Positions 1 to 8,879 are shown, numbered from the stretch's first letter. The stretch: 40,983 bases of DNA from Candidatus Zixiibacteriota bacterium (GCA_040235515.1 JBECKX010000063.1:1-40983); one strand, 5' to 3'. The notes: generated by a model from the letters alone, not told the origin. Made by a program: numbers and translations.

Positions 1-702
1 GATCAAGAGGCCGTTGGTGGCGACATCATATTGATCCGGGAATTCCAGGAACAGGTCGACCGAATCAGGTTTGTCGCTCGGAAAGTCTTTGCATGGCCAC
101 CAATGGCGCGAACGATGCGGCGTTGCCTTGGTCCAGCAAAGCTGGGTGCCGAATTCAGAGGTATATGTAAGTCCGGCGTTGCCATCGTAGTAAGGCACCC
201 CATGGTAGTGCACCTGCATCTCGACGATCGCGCCGTCCGAGTAACTCGACGGCAGTGTGATGTGCAGAAGATGGTTGTTATGAGTGAAGGTCGCGCTCAC
301 GCCGGCGACGATGACCGAATCGACCGATAGTTCGTTTCTCAGATTGAGATCCACGCTCGACAACGATGCCACCAGTGATTGGATTCGGTAGTCTACGAAG
401 CCGGAAACAGATTGGCCGGAGAAATCGAGGTCGAGGTGGATACCGTAGAAGCGTACGTCAAAATCGGCCTGATTGCCGTCAAGTTTCTCGTTTTGCGGCG
501 CGGACTCCTGCGCTTCACTGGTTAGTTCTGCAGCGTGAGCCTGGAAATATGCACTTCGAACTGCCTTAAACTGTTCGATATCCTCGGGCTTGGCATTGCT
601 CCAATCGAACGCATTGAAATCTGAAGTTGCTGCGTTGCCGATTGCGAAGCCGAGGATAGTGATCATTACGGAGAGTACGATCAGGGCTGGCTTGATTCGC
701 AT
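1..702 (-). CDS. 5'-partial gene (N-terminal 234 codons, continues beyond window start) for a secreted M1-family (gluzincin) peptidase-like protein
   Basis: Hand translation of the minus strand from an ATG at ~702 gives an uninterrupted frame to position 1: MRIKPALIVLSVMITILGFAIGNAATS... (signal peptide) ...DVRFYGIHLDLDFSGQSVSGFVDYRIQSL...EFGTQLCWTKATPHRSRHWWPCKDFPSDKPDSV. The last segment resembles the conserved M1 N-terminal motif (AR.WFPC.D.P..KA). Absent from the ORF track because there is no in-window stop. Confidence 0.5.
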   Translation of the reverse strand, partial: MRIKPALIVLSVMITILGFAIGNAATSDFNAFDWSNAKPEDIEQFKAVRSAYFQAHAAELTSEAQESAPQNEKLDGNQADFDVRFYGIHLDLDFSGQSVSGFVDYRIQSLVASLSSVDLNLRNELSVDSVIVAGVSATFTHNNHLLHITLPSSYSDGAIVEMQVHYHGVPYYDGNAGLTYTSEFGTQLCWTKATPHRSRHWWPCKDFPSDKPDSVDLFLEFPDQYDVATNGLLI

Positions 703-875
703 TATTCATTCACCCCTATCAGCTGCGGGACGTGAAGGTGGGTTGCGCCTGACAGCTTTTGTGAAGAGATCCACAAGATTAACTCAAGGACTATCTAAGT
801 AATCTACACAGGCAATCTACAGCCGATTGGCGGACTCGTCAAGACGCGATTTCGCCTGACACTAGATGACAGTAT

Positions 876-912
876 CCCCCCTTACATTGTCAGGGGATGG
901 GGACAAGGGGGG
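876..912. other. G-rich hairpin, 8-bp perfect stem CCCCCCTT/AAGGGGGG around a loop with GGGG tracts (possible G-quadruplex-capable element)
   Basis: The sequence ccccccttacattgtcaggggatggggacaagggggg is directly visible; the arms are exact reverse complements. Confidence 0.6.
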
Positions 913-916
913 TGGA

Positions 917-985
917 GATGAGAGAATAGAGAGATGAGAATAGAGAGATGAGAATCCAGAGATGAGAATGAAGAGATAAGGGTAA
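917..985. repeat. Tandem direct repeat of about 14 bp (AGAGAGATGAGAAT, 4-5 copies) in the intergenic region upstream of the sigma-54 activator gene
   Basis: Visible as gagatgagagaata gagagatgagaata gagagatgagaatc cagagatgagaatg aagagataag. Confidence 0.8.
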
Positions 986-1086
986 GAACATGAGGGTAAA
1001 GACCAGAGAGTGAAGATACTCTTTGCGAGAGTCCACAATGGTCGAGGAAACCAATAATCGCTTGTTTCCGGCCAGAATAAAATGCT

Positions 1087-4000
1087 ATGTTAGGAGCCGG
1101 GTCTCAGGGGAGGCAGCCCGGGTATTCCCTGCCTCAGAGATCCAGCCAATTCTCCTCGAATGACAAAACTCAGAGGTTTAAGTTGCTCGATCGCCAAAGT
1201 CTCTTGTTCCTTGAACGGATCGGCAAAAACGAGCTTGTCGAAACCTGGCTTGCTCAATGGCCCGGGAGCGCGCGGAGAATAGTTCTGAAGCGCTCCAGCG
1301 CGTCGGGTGGCGATGCGCTTGCAGAAGCCAACTCGCTGCTTAAATCAGTTTTCCACCGCACGCGTGATATCCGGCACAACAATATTCTCAATCCAACCAG
1401 TATGTTGTCAGGCAACGAACCGGTGTCGTTACTGCGCGACTACATTGAGGATGCCGAAGAGCTCACTACTGATCACCTTGCCGATTCTTTGCCGCAGGTG
1501 GTTTACCAGCTCTTTTCGGCGGTGGACTTCATTCATGGGCTTGGCCTCGTCCATACTGACTTGCGCAGCAGCAATTTTCTGGTAACCCGCCGCGGTGGAG
1601 CATGCCGTGTTCTTCTTGCCGACCTCGACTTCATCACGCCCACCGCGACCCACGCACAGGGCGAGATTACCGGAACCATAGGGCATATTGCTCCCGAAGT
1701 GATTACCGAACGGCTGCTGTTACCACAATCAGATTTTTACTCGCTGGGTGTGATGCTCAGTAAGCTGGTGCAGCCGGGAAGGGCGTATGACACCAGCCTG
1801 AGTTTCGCGATCAGCCAGCAGTTGGGTCGTGAGAGCACCCACCTGGTGAGCGCTAAATCGGTCGATGCCCGCTTCGCCGGCCTGGTCCCGCTTATCAATG
1901 CTCTGTTGGAGCCACGCTACCAGGAGCGGCCCCTCTGGCTCGGCAGTCTGATCGAGCAGTACGCGAAGACTTTTGGCTGGGATTTTGAAGCATACAAGCG
2001 TGATGTCTTGTGGTCGCTCGTTAGAACCTCAGCAGCCCGGCTCAGTCGCGACGAGGGCCTCAGGCGGAGCGGATTGGCAGAGGCGGTCGCGAACGATATT
2101 GATATCCTCGGACTCGATCTTGAGTTGTTCCGCGACATCAGAAAGAACTGGCGCAGTGGGAGCGTCACATTGATGCGACTGCTTCGGGAAATTATCGATT
2201 CGGCAACCATCGAGCGCAGCGGCTACAGTTGGCGTGTGCAAGTGCCTGAGCGGAAGGTATTCGGGACTTACGCCCGTTTCGGCCTTTCACCGGAACTCTC
2301 GCAGGCGGTTGCGGGGCGGCAACCGCTAAATCTTCGCGTCAAGGCTGCATTGCGACTCAAGCTTCGCAAGGGCCACTACAAGGCGTTCCTGATCCTTAAG
2401 AGTATCGTTGCTTCACCAGAATTCGCTCAACTCCCGGAGAAAACGCGCTCGGCAGTACATTCAAAGCTTGGATATCTTTGCCTCGCCATTGGCCGCGCTA
2501 ATGAAGGGCGCGACTATCTTCGACAGGCATTGGACTACAAGAAACTGCATCCCTGGAAAGCTGTGCAACTGATCTGCGAAGTCTCCAGCATCCACTCTCA
2601 GGGAAAGAGTCCGACGCAGGCACGCGAGGCAGCGTTGTGGGCTGTGCGGGTTGCACGACAGAGTGGAGACGATCGCTTGCGCCTGAAGGCGCTCAATAAG
2701 CTTATCTGGTCACGCTTCATGATCAGGGGTGGCAGGCGTGTTGCGGCCAGTGCATGGAAGCTCTTTGAGTATGCGGAGCGCAACGGCCACGATTTTGCTT
2801 CAAAGCCGCTGGCCAATTCATTCGCGGCGATCTTGTGGAGCCAGGGAAAGTATCGCGAGGCGGTAAAGTTCCTGACCCATTTTCTGGAGAGCCATCGTTT
2901 TCTGCCGAGCGAGGAGATTCAATTCTCGCTCTACACGAACCTCGGCCTCGCGCTTGGCGATCAGAGCCACTTTGGTGCCGCGATCAGGGCATACAAGCGG
3001 GCATTGGCCGTGCCGCCGGGTGACCATAACTGGGGGCGACAGGTGTTCGCCCATCAAGGGTTGGTCGCATCCTATGTCGCGTCATCCGATTTCCAGCGCG
3101 CCCTGGCGGAAGCTGAGAATGTGTACGACAAGACGCGACGCTGGGGTGACCCGGCAGCCAGGATGATCTACAATTCAAACCTGGGTCAGGTTTACCTGGC
3201 AAAGGGTCAGATCAGGACAGCATTGCGTCACCTGCGCCTGGCTGAGGAAGCGGCTCGCGTAAGTGGTGCGGGGTTTTACCGATCGAGTGCGGTGATGTAC
3301 TTGACGCGTGCCGAACGCTGGGGCGGTGATCTGGTGGCGCTGCGGCGTGACCTGGAGACGCTGAGAGAATTGATCACCAACAGCGTTGACCCGCGTCTCA
3401 AGCTGCACGAAAGACTGCATACGCTCTGGCTCGAAGCCGCTGAATCGGGTGAACTGGATATGGATCGTGCGCGCGAATTGCTCGAGACCGCTGCCGAGAA
3501 GTCGCGTGCGCTTGAGTACTCCGAAGCGCTCTTTCTCATGGCGGAGTTCGGTTATGGGAAGGAAGCATTCAGGCTACGTTCAGTCAGCAAAGCGATCTGG
3601 CGGATTTGTCGAAAGAAGCGGGCGCCACGCTATGCCGGCCTCTACTACCTGATTCGATCGCTCAGTGGCAAAGCGGATGCCGAGCCGCGTTACCGGATCA
3701 ATCAACTCAAGCTCGCGATCGATCAGTTGGGTCGTGCTGAGGCACGTTACCACGCGGCGGTGGCAGCATTGCGTTTGATCCGCGAGTATAAGGAGTTAGG
3801 GAAATTTCCGCGGGCTCAGGGAGTTCTCAACCACGCCAGAATCCTCGCGGAGCCGCTCGACAATGGGTGGCTCAATGCTCAGATCGAGGCTGAGACGGCA
3901 CAACTTCGCGAGATGATCGGACCGGAGGGATCCAACATCGATTTGCTTCGTGAAGTGGGCGACATTCTGACTTCGGTGCACAACTATCGCAAGACGCTTG

Positions 4001-5412
4001 AGATGCTGCTGCGACAGGCAGTAAACCTGACCGGTTCGGAACGTGGTGCAATCGTTTTGACCCACTCCGACGTATCGGCGCTGAAGATCGAAGTAAGTCA
4101 TGCATGCGACGAAGTATCGGAGCGTGACATCCTCACGATTAGTCATAGCACGATCAAGCGGACGCTGGAGGAGCGGCAGGGCTTGATCATACACGACGCG
4201 CAACGAGACGAACTGACGCGGGAGTTCCGCAGTGTCAAGATACATAGTATTGTTTCAATCGCCTGCGTGCCATTGATGACACGCGGCAAGCTGCTCGGTG
4301 CGCTTTATCTCGACCATCGAAGCCTGCCTGCGCTATACGGCAAAGAGAACTATCGGGTCATCGAGGCATTGGCGCAATTCATGGCGGTTGCGATCGATAT
4401 GGCTCGGGGCATTCGCAAGAGCAGCGCCGAACGCACGCACGCGGTGGAGAAGCTCGATAGCATGGGTGCCTCGGTGGGGTTCCTCGCCGTCGACTCGAAA
4501 TCGCGAGGCGTGCTTTCACAGCTACCCAAGGTGGCGGCCTTCGACACGCACGTCCTCCTGCGCGGTGAAAGCGGAACCGGTAAAGGTTTGCTGGCTGAGG
4601 CGATCCACAACCAGAGCAGGCGTTCCGACGGGCCGTTCATCAGCCTGAACTGTTCACACCTCCAGGGGAGCAACGGGCTGGCGGAGTTATTCGGCGTGGC
4701 GCAGAGTGCATTCACCGGTGTTGGTGCGCGCGAAGGGAGGATCGAACGGGCCGACGGTGGCACGTTGTTCCTGGACGAGATTGCCGAACTCCCACCGGAG
4801 ATGCAGGCGGCCCTGCTCGATGTGTTAGACAGTAAGAAGATCACGCGCACTGGATGCACGACGCCGATCAATGTCGATTTCCGGCTGATCTGCGCGACAA
4901 ATGCCGACCTGGTGAAGCTGGCTGAGCGCAAGAAGTTCCGGGAGGACCTTTTCTTCCGGATATCCGCCTTTGTCATTAATGTCCCGCCCTTGCGCCAACG
5001 ACCGGGCGACATAGAGCCACTGGTGCGACACTTGATTTCGATTCTGCCGGGGGGTGGCCCCTCGCTCAGCTACACTTCCCGATTTATCAACGCACTTCAG
5101 AATTATCAATGGCCCGGAAATGTGCGTGAGCTTCGCAACGAGATCGAACGGGTCTTGATTCTACGCGATGGCAATCGTCTTGATATCGATCTGCTCAAGC
5201 CTGATATCGCACGCCACCACGATGGTGATATCGGTGCGGTTTCGCTGGATGAGTTTCTACTGCGGGCGGAACGGGAGCATATCACCGCCGCATTGAAGCG
5301 GACGCGTGGAAACGTCACGGCCGCCGGTCGCATTCTCAAATCTGCCCCATCCACGCTTCGATCCAAGCTGACCAAACTGAAAATTCAGGTTGATGATTTC
5401 AAGCCCAACTAG
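1087..5412 (+). CDS. Very large sigma-54-dependent transcriptional activator with an N-terminal degenerate Ser/Thr protein-kinase-like domain, TPR-like helical repeats, a GAF domain, an AAA+ sigma-54 interaction domain and a Fis-type HTH
   Basis: Kinase-like region: VLKR, catalytic loop HTDLRSSN (HRDLKPEN-like, D and N kept), DLDF in place of DFG, and GTIGHIAPEV (APE). GAF-like segment DILTSVHNYRKT...CVPLMTRGKLLGALYLDH. AAA+ domain: Walker A GESGTGKG, Walker B GTLFLDEIAEL, GAFTGA-like loop AQSAFTGVGA, arginine finger region NVRELRN. C-terminal HTH: EREHITAALKRTRGNVTAAGRILKS. Start codon uncertain (no clear SD at 1087). Confidence 0.85.
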   Translation: MLGAGSQGRQPGYSLPQRSSQFSSNDKTQRFKLLDRQSLLFLERIGKNELVETWLAQWPGSARRIVLKRSSASGGDALAEANSLLKSVFHRTRDIRHNNILNPTSMLSGNEPVSLLRDYIEDAEELTTDHLADSLPQVVYQLFSAVDFIHGLGLVHTDLRSSNFLVTRRGGACRVLLADLDFITPTATHAQGEITGTIGHIAPEVITERLLLPQSDFYSLGVMLSKLVQPGRAYDTSLSFAISQQLGRESTHLVSAKSVDARFAGLVPLINALLEPRYQERPLWLGSLIEQYAKTFGWDFEAYKRDVLWSLVRTSAARLSRDEGLRRSGLAEAVANDIDILGLDLELFRDIRKNWRSGSVTLMRLLREIIDSATIERSGYSWRVQVPERKVFGTYARFGLSPELSQAVAGRQPLNLRVKAALRLKLRKGHYKAFLILKSIVASPEFAQLPEKTRSAVHSKLGYLCLAIGRANEGRDYLRQALDYKKLHPWKAVQLICEVSSIHSQGKSPTQAREAALWAVRVARQSGDDRLRLKALNKLIWSRFMIRGGRRVAASAWKLFEYAERNGHDFASKPLANSFAAILWSQGKYREAVKFLTHFLESHRFLPSEEIQFSLYTNLGLALGDQSHFGAAIRAYKRALAVPPGDHNWGRQVFAHQGLVASYVASSDFQRALAEAENVYDKTRRWGDPAARMIYNSNLGQVYLAKGQIRTALRHLRLAEEAARVSGAGFYRSSAVMYLTRAERWGGDLVALRRDLETLRELITNSVDPRLKLHERLHTLWLEAAESGELDMDRARELLETAAEKSRALEYSEALFLMAEFGYGKEAFRLRSVSKAIWRICRKKRAPRYAGLYYLIRSLSGKADAEPRYRINQLKLAIDQLGRAEARYHAAVAALRLIREYKELGKFPRAQGVLNHARILAEPLDNGWLNAQIEAETAQLREMIGPEGSNIDLLREVGDILTSVHNYRKTLEMLLRQAVNLTGSERGAIVLTHSDVSALKIEVSHACDEVSERDILTISHSTIKRTLEERQGLIIHDAQRDELTREFRSVKIHSIVSIACVPLMTRGKLLGALYLDHRSLPALYGKENYRVIEALAQFMAVAIDMARGIRKSSAERTHAVEKLDSMGASVGFLAVDSKSRGVLSQLPKVAAFDTHVLLRGESGTGKGLLAEAIHNQSRRSDGPFISLNCSHLQGSNGLAELFGVAQSAFTGVGAREGRIERADGGTLFLDEIAELPPEMQAALLDVLDSKKITRTGCTTPINVDFRLICATNADLVKLAERKKFREDLFFRISAFVINVPPLRQRPGDIEPLVRHLISILPGGGPSLSYTSRFINALQNYQWPGNVRELRNEIERVLILRDGNRLDIDLLKPDIARHHDGDIGAVSLDEFLLRAEREHITAALKRTRGNVTAAGRILKSAPSTLRSKLTKLKIQVDDFKPN

Positions 5413-5442
5413 CTGATCACTCACTTCAGGCTTTGCCCCACG

Positions 5443-5479
5443 GCGATTCGTTCATCTGCAGCGAATCGCTTTTTTGTTG
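5443..5479 (+). terminator. Rho-independent terminator after the activator gene
   Basis: Stem gcgattcg...cgaatcgc followed by ttttttgttg, immediately 3' of the stop at 5412. Confidence 0.6.
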
Positions 5480-5733
5480 TCCCACAATCGACTCCGAGAA
5501 TCCACTCCAAACTGACCCACGAAATTTCGCTGATTTCGGCGCGAAGCACGACGCCTGCTTAAGGACATTCCCCGCAGCGTCCTTGTAACTGGTTGTTACG
5601 CTGTGCCTTAGAGGAACGCCCGACAGCGGCACAAGATGTGATTTAGCCCCCTGTGAGACAGACGCGACCCCCGCCGGGCGGTCGCAACAACGGCCACTGC
5701 TGGTGGTCAGGCAAACTCATAGGAGGAGTCACT

Positions 5734-6012
5734 ATGCGCAGAATCTTAAGCTCCGATGCGCGGAAAGCTGAAGCATTCACCATTCGCTCGAGCGTTATTC
5801 GCACCATCTCGATTTTCCTGCTGTGTGCGCTGGCGCTGATTCACTTGAATCTTGTCGATCCGGGACTCCAGCATGTCGCGGCCGAGGATGGTAATCCCCC
5901 CTGCCCCGGCGGATGTCCCGATGATTCACTGCCGCCCCCTTCAGGCTCGATGAGTGATGAACCGACGGAGGTGGTTCCCTGGTATTTCAGCCTATTATTA
6001 CTGGCATTATAG
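5734..6012 (+). CDS. Small hypothetical membrane protein (92 aa, hydrophobic segments at both ends, Pro/Cys-rich middle)
   Basis: ATG is preceded by a strong SD (ataGGAGGAGtcactATG). The track ORF 5653..6012 starts at an upstream GTG, and the internal ATG has the better ribosome-binding site. Sequence: MRRILSS...ISIFLLCALALIHL...PPCPGGCP...WYFSLLLLAL. Confidence 0.35.
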   Translation: MRRILSSDARKAEAFTIRSSVIRTISIFLLCALALIHLNLVDPGLQHVAAEDGNPPCPGGCPDDSLPPPSGSMSDEPTEVVPWYFSLLLLAL

Positions 6013-6068
6013 GCTACAACTCTCTATACTCACATCAAAAGGGGGACTAACCCGTAAGAGAGGATTAG

Positions 6069-6683
6069 ATGTCGAAGTTTGATCATCTGCTCTTGATCCG
6101 AAATCTTCTAAACACCCGCCAGAAGCTTACCGTCGAAGAAATCCAGGAGTTATGCGGGGGGATCACCAAGAGAACCGTTTATCGCTATATCAACTCGCTC
6201 GACAAAGCCGGCGAGCCGGTCTACTACGATGACGAACTGAAGGGGTATCGGCTGGTCGAACGAGTCCAGGAGCCGCTTCATTTCACGCGCTCCGAGGCGT
6301 TGACGATTCTGCTCGCCGGAATGATCACCGAGTTCATGTTGGGGGATGAGTTGATGGCGGGGTTGTCACAGGTGCGTCAGAAACTGGAGCGCTACATCGA
6401 CTACGACGAACAGGAGTGGTTGATGAAGAACCAGGAATTGCTCTCTCGCATTGGCAACAACCGTGAACTCGACACATTCATCGTATTCGCCACGATAGAC
6501 TTCGCCAAGAAAAGTGGGGACAAGCTACTGCTGGACATCACCTTAGACGGGTCCGGCCCTGACCGCGTCACCCTTGAGCAGCCGCGTTTGGAATATGAGG
6601 ATGGCTGGTGGGTGGCCGGGATCAGCGGGACGAAGCACGCTCGTTATCCTTTGACGAGTATTAATGGCGTAAAAATAGCTTGA
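6069..6683 (+). CDS. HTH transcriptional regulator (DeoR/HTH_11-like N-terminus) with a possible WYL-like C-terminal region
   Basis: N-terminus KLTVEEIQELCGGITKRTVYRYINSLDKAGEPVYYDDELKGYRL matches the YafY/PafBC-type HTH. C-terminus ...GWWVAGISGTKHARYPLTSINGVKI is WYL-like. SD agagAGGAttag precedes the ATG. Confidence 0.5.
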   Translation: MSKFDHLLLIRNLLNTRQKLTVEEIQELCGGITKRTVYRYINSLDKAGEPVYYDDELKGYRLVERVQEPLHFTRSEALTILLAGMITEFMLGDELMAGLSQVRQKLERYIDYDEQEWLMKNQELLSRIGNNRELDTFIVFATIDFAKKSGDKLLLDITLDGSGPDRVTLEQPRLEYEDGWWVAGISGTKHARYPLTSINGVKIA

Positions 6684-7872
6684 CAAAATAACACAAATTT
6701 CGTACCTCATGACAGGTTCTGACACCGCACAGGTTATACTTCACGACAGACGAACCGACCAAAATAGGATGGCTAAGGAGCTGCTTGATAGGACAACAGC
6801 AAAGGGTTGGGCGTCAAAAGCAGGGGAGCGCGATTTGACAGGTGCGGTCGACATGGGCCTCTGTGGAAGTGGTGGGGGATAGATTGCTGCCGGGCAGAGT
6901 TAGCTGGATTTGAGTTCTGGTTAGCGAGTGGATTCAGTTATGCGCGGGAGCAGTGGACAAATTAAAAAGGAGAGAGCAGAGCCCGGATCGAGAGAGGGGG
7001 ATGGAAACTCTCGATTTACAGCGGACTAAACTCCCTCCGAGAAGGGATTTAGCAAAAAGACATACATTTGTCAACTAAATTCGCTAACGATTCGCTAATA
7101 TTTTTGGCGGGTAAATCCTCTGATTTTATTGACGTTAGCGGCCGAAAAGCAGGTTGGGGCATCTGTCGGATCACTTTCCACACCACCTGCTGCGAATGTC
7201 CTTAGAGGAGTTCTTTTCAAGGGGAATTGCCGGTGCGGAGGCGTACCGGGGTTCAATCAAACAAACCGATGGAAGTTTTAGAGGGATACTTTCAATCAAA
7301 GCAGGGAATGACTGACGGGGCGTTTCAGCTTATGCTCCGCCTCCTCGGTGGGTAATTTCCGATCTCAGTTGCCCCCCCAGAGCTACCATTACGCCACGCC
7401 TTCCCCTACCCCGCCAGGTTGCGGCAACGTGTCTTGAGTGCGCGCCGTTTCAGCGGCCTGACCCCACTAAACTTTTTTTCAAGATTACCCCCACGGTTTT
7501 TCGCGGATTGGCCACAATTGCGTGACAACTTCTGCGTGACGATATCACCGACCACGCAACCACGGCCGCTGCAATCCTGAACCTGTTCGTCACTATGCAG
7601 CGTAGGGTTTACTTCGACTGGAAGAGCGCCAGCGGCGCGATCACGGGTAACGTGCGACTGTGACTCAAGCCGCACACGTTACTATCAGAACCCCGCGAGA
7701 TATCGGGATGCTGGAGCGAGCACCTCGAGTGAACGGGGTGATTGTTTCGTCAGGGATGTTATCCCAGATTCAGGTCTGAATTCTGGCGAAAGGCCCTACA
7801 ACTGACTTGTGCTGCGCTTTAAAGTAGCTAATTTACTCTACGGCATTCATGGCGCATTCAGGAGGGTCGTTT

Positions 7873-8685
7873 GTGAAGAATCCACGCATTGAAGCATCAG
7901 TCCGGGCTGCGGGGCTACTGGTTCTCTTGCTATACCTGGCAGTTGTAAACGTCGGCTTTTCAAGCGGAGTGGCGAACGCACAGACCACTGGGCTCTCCGG
8001 GGCGCAGGTTATCGTGCCCGGTCCACCCTGGCCTGACTCTATTGCAGTTCCGATTCAGATATCTCTCAACGACACGCTCAAGGCCCTCTCGATCTGGCTG
8101 CGTCCTGAGCTTGACGCCGTGCTGTTTGATGGCATCATTCCGACATCGTTTCAGCCCAATATTGACCAGTTTGAGAACCTGCCGAATGGCTACTGGGGGC
8201 CGACTACGTTTCTGCCAGCGGAGAATGCGCTGGGCTTCCATTGGACCAGCGTGTTGCCGGCCGGTCTGGTTGCGCCTGCCAGCAGCGAGCTGGGTACGCT
8301 CTACTTCCGGGTGATCGATCCCGACATCCCCTTCGGAACTGTGTTAGCGCTGGACACTCTCAATATTCCCAGTACTGCGCCGAGCGCGGTCCAGGTGCTC
8401 GCGAATGGCACCAACACAACCATGAATGCGCCGTTTCAGTGGCGCTTCGATAACATCGTCTTCGGAGCGGCGATCGAGTGTGGGGATGTCAACGCTTCGG
8501 GTGATGTGACGATCACTGATGCGGTTTTCATCGTCAACTACATCTTTGGCGGTGGTCCGGCGCCCTACCATCCCGGGACGGGAGATGTCGACTGCGATGG
8601 CGTGTTTATCATCACCGATGCGGTCTATGTGATAAACTACCTCTTCGGCGGCGGACCGATTCCGTGCGCTGTTTGCGGTGGTTGA
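7873..8685 (+). CDS. Secreted protein with two C-terminal dockerin-type (EF-hand-like Ca-binding) repeats
   Basis: Signal peptide KNPRIEASVRAAGLLVLLLYLAVVNVGFSSGVANAQ. Duplicated motif GDVNASGDVTITDAVFIVNYIFGGGPAP / GDVDCDGVFIITDAVYVINYLFGGGPIP. Probable GTG start at 7873 behind SD caGGAGGGtcgtttGTG (the track ORF begins at an upstream ATG at 7849). Confidence 0.6.
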   Translation: MKNPRIEASVRAAGLLVLLLYLAVVNVGFSSGVANAQTTGLSGAQVIVPGPPWPDSIAVPIQISLNDTLKALSIWLRPELDAVLFDGIIPTSFQPNIDQFENLPNGYWGPTTFLPAENALGFHWTSVLPAGLVAPASSELGTLYFRVIDPDIPFGTVLALDTLNIPSTAPSAVQVLANGTNTTMNAPFQWRFDNIVFGAAIECGDVNASGDVTITDAVFIVNYIFGGGPAPYHPGTGDVDCDGVFIITDAVYVINYLFGGGPIPCAVCGG

Positions 8686-8718
8686 TTCGAGTGCCGGGTT
8701 GCGACGACTCCGATTTTA

Positions 8719-8748
8719 TTGACAAAAAAACCTTTGTTATACTATATT
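8719..8748 (+). promoter_or_regulatory. Candidate sigma-70 promoter (TTGACA-N18-TATATT) for the nfeD-flotillin operon
   Basis: attgacaaaaaaacctttgttatactatattcc lies about 130 nt upstream of the nfeD start. Confidence 0.35.
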
Positions 8749-8879
8749 CCGGTTACTGCGGGACAGACTGGCGCGCCACAGCTTGCGGTTTCCAGGAGGG
8801 GCTTCCGGACGGGCAACTCCGATCCGAATCATCGGACGGGCAGGAGATGGCGGGGAGATTCCACGAAAGGTAAAAATCA

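Noticed and set aside
3796-4245. 149-aa minus-strand ORF within the GAF region of the activator gene
   Set aside because: Antisense to a coding region with a recognisable domain. No RBS. Likely spurious.
4350-5375. Minus-strand ORFs of 220, 94 and 89 aa inside the sigma-54 activator gene
   Set aside because: They are antisense to a well-supported AAA+ domain with clear motifs. Composition (Arg/Ser/Ala-rich) indicates non-coding frames.
7240-7275. ccggggttcaatcaaac, a tRNA T-loop-like GGTTCAATC
   Set aside because: No complementary T-stem, acceptor stem or anticodon arm can be built around it. Not a tRNA.
6684-7872. Possibility of a CRISPR array or transposon remnant in the long non-coding region
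   Set aside because: No regularly spaced direct repeats of 24-48 bp, and no terminal inverted repeats flanking a transposase-like ORF. Only isolated hairpins were seen.
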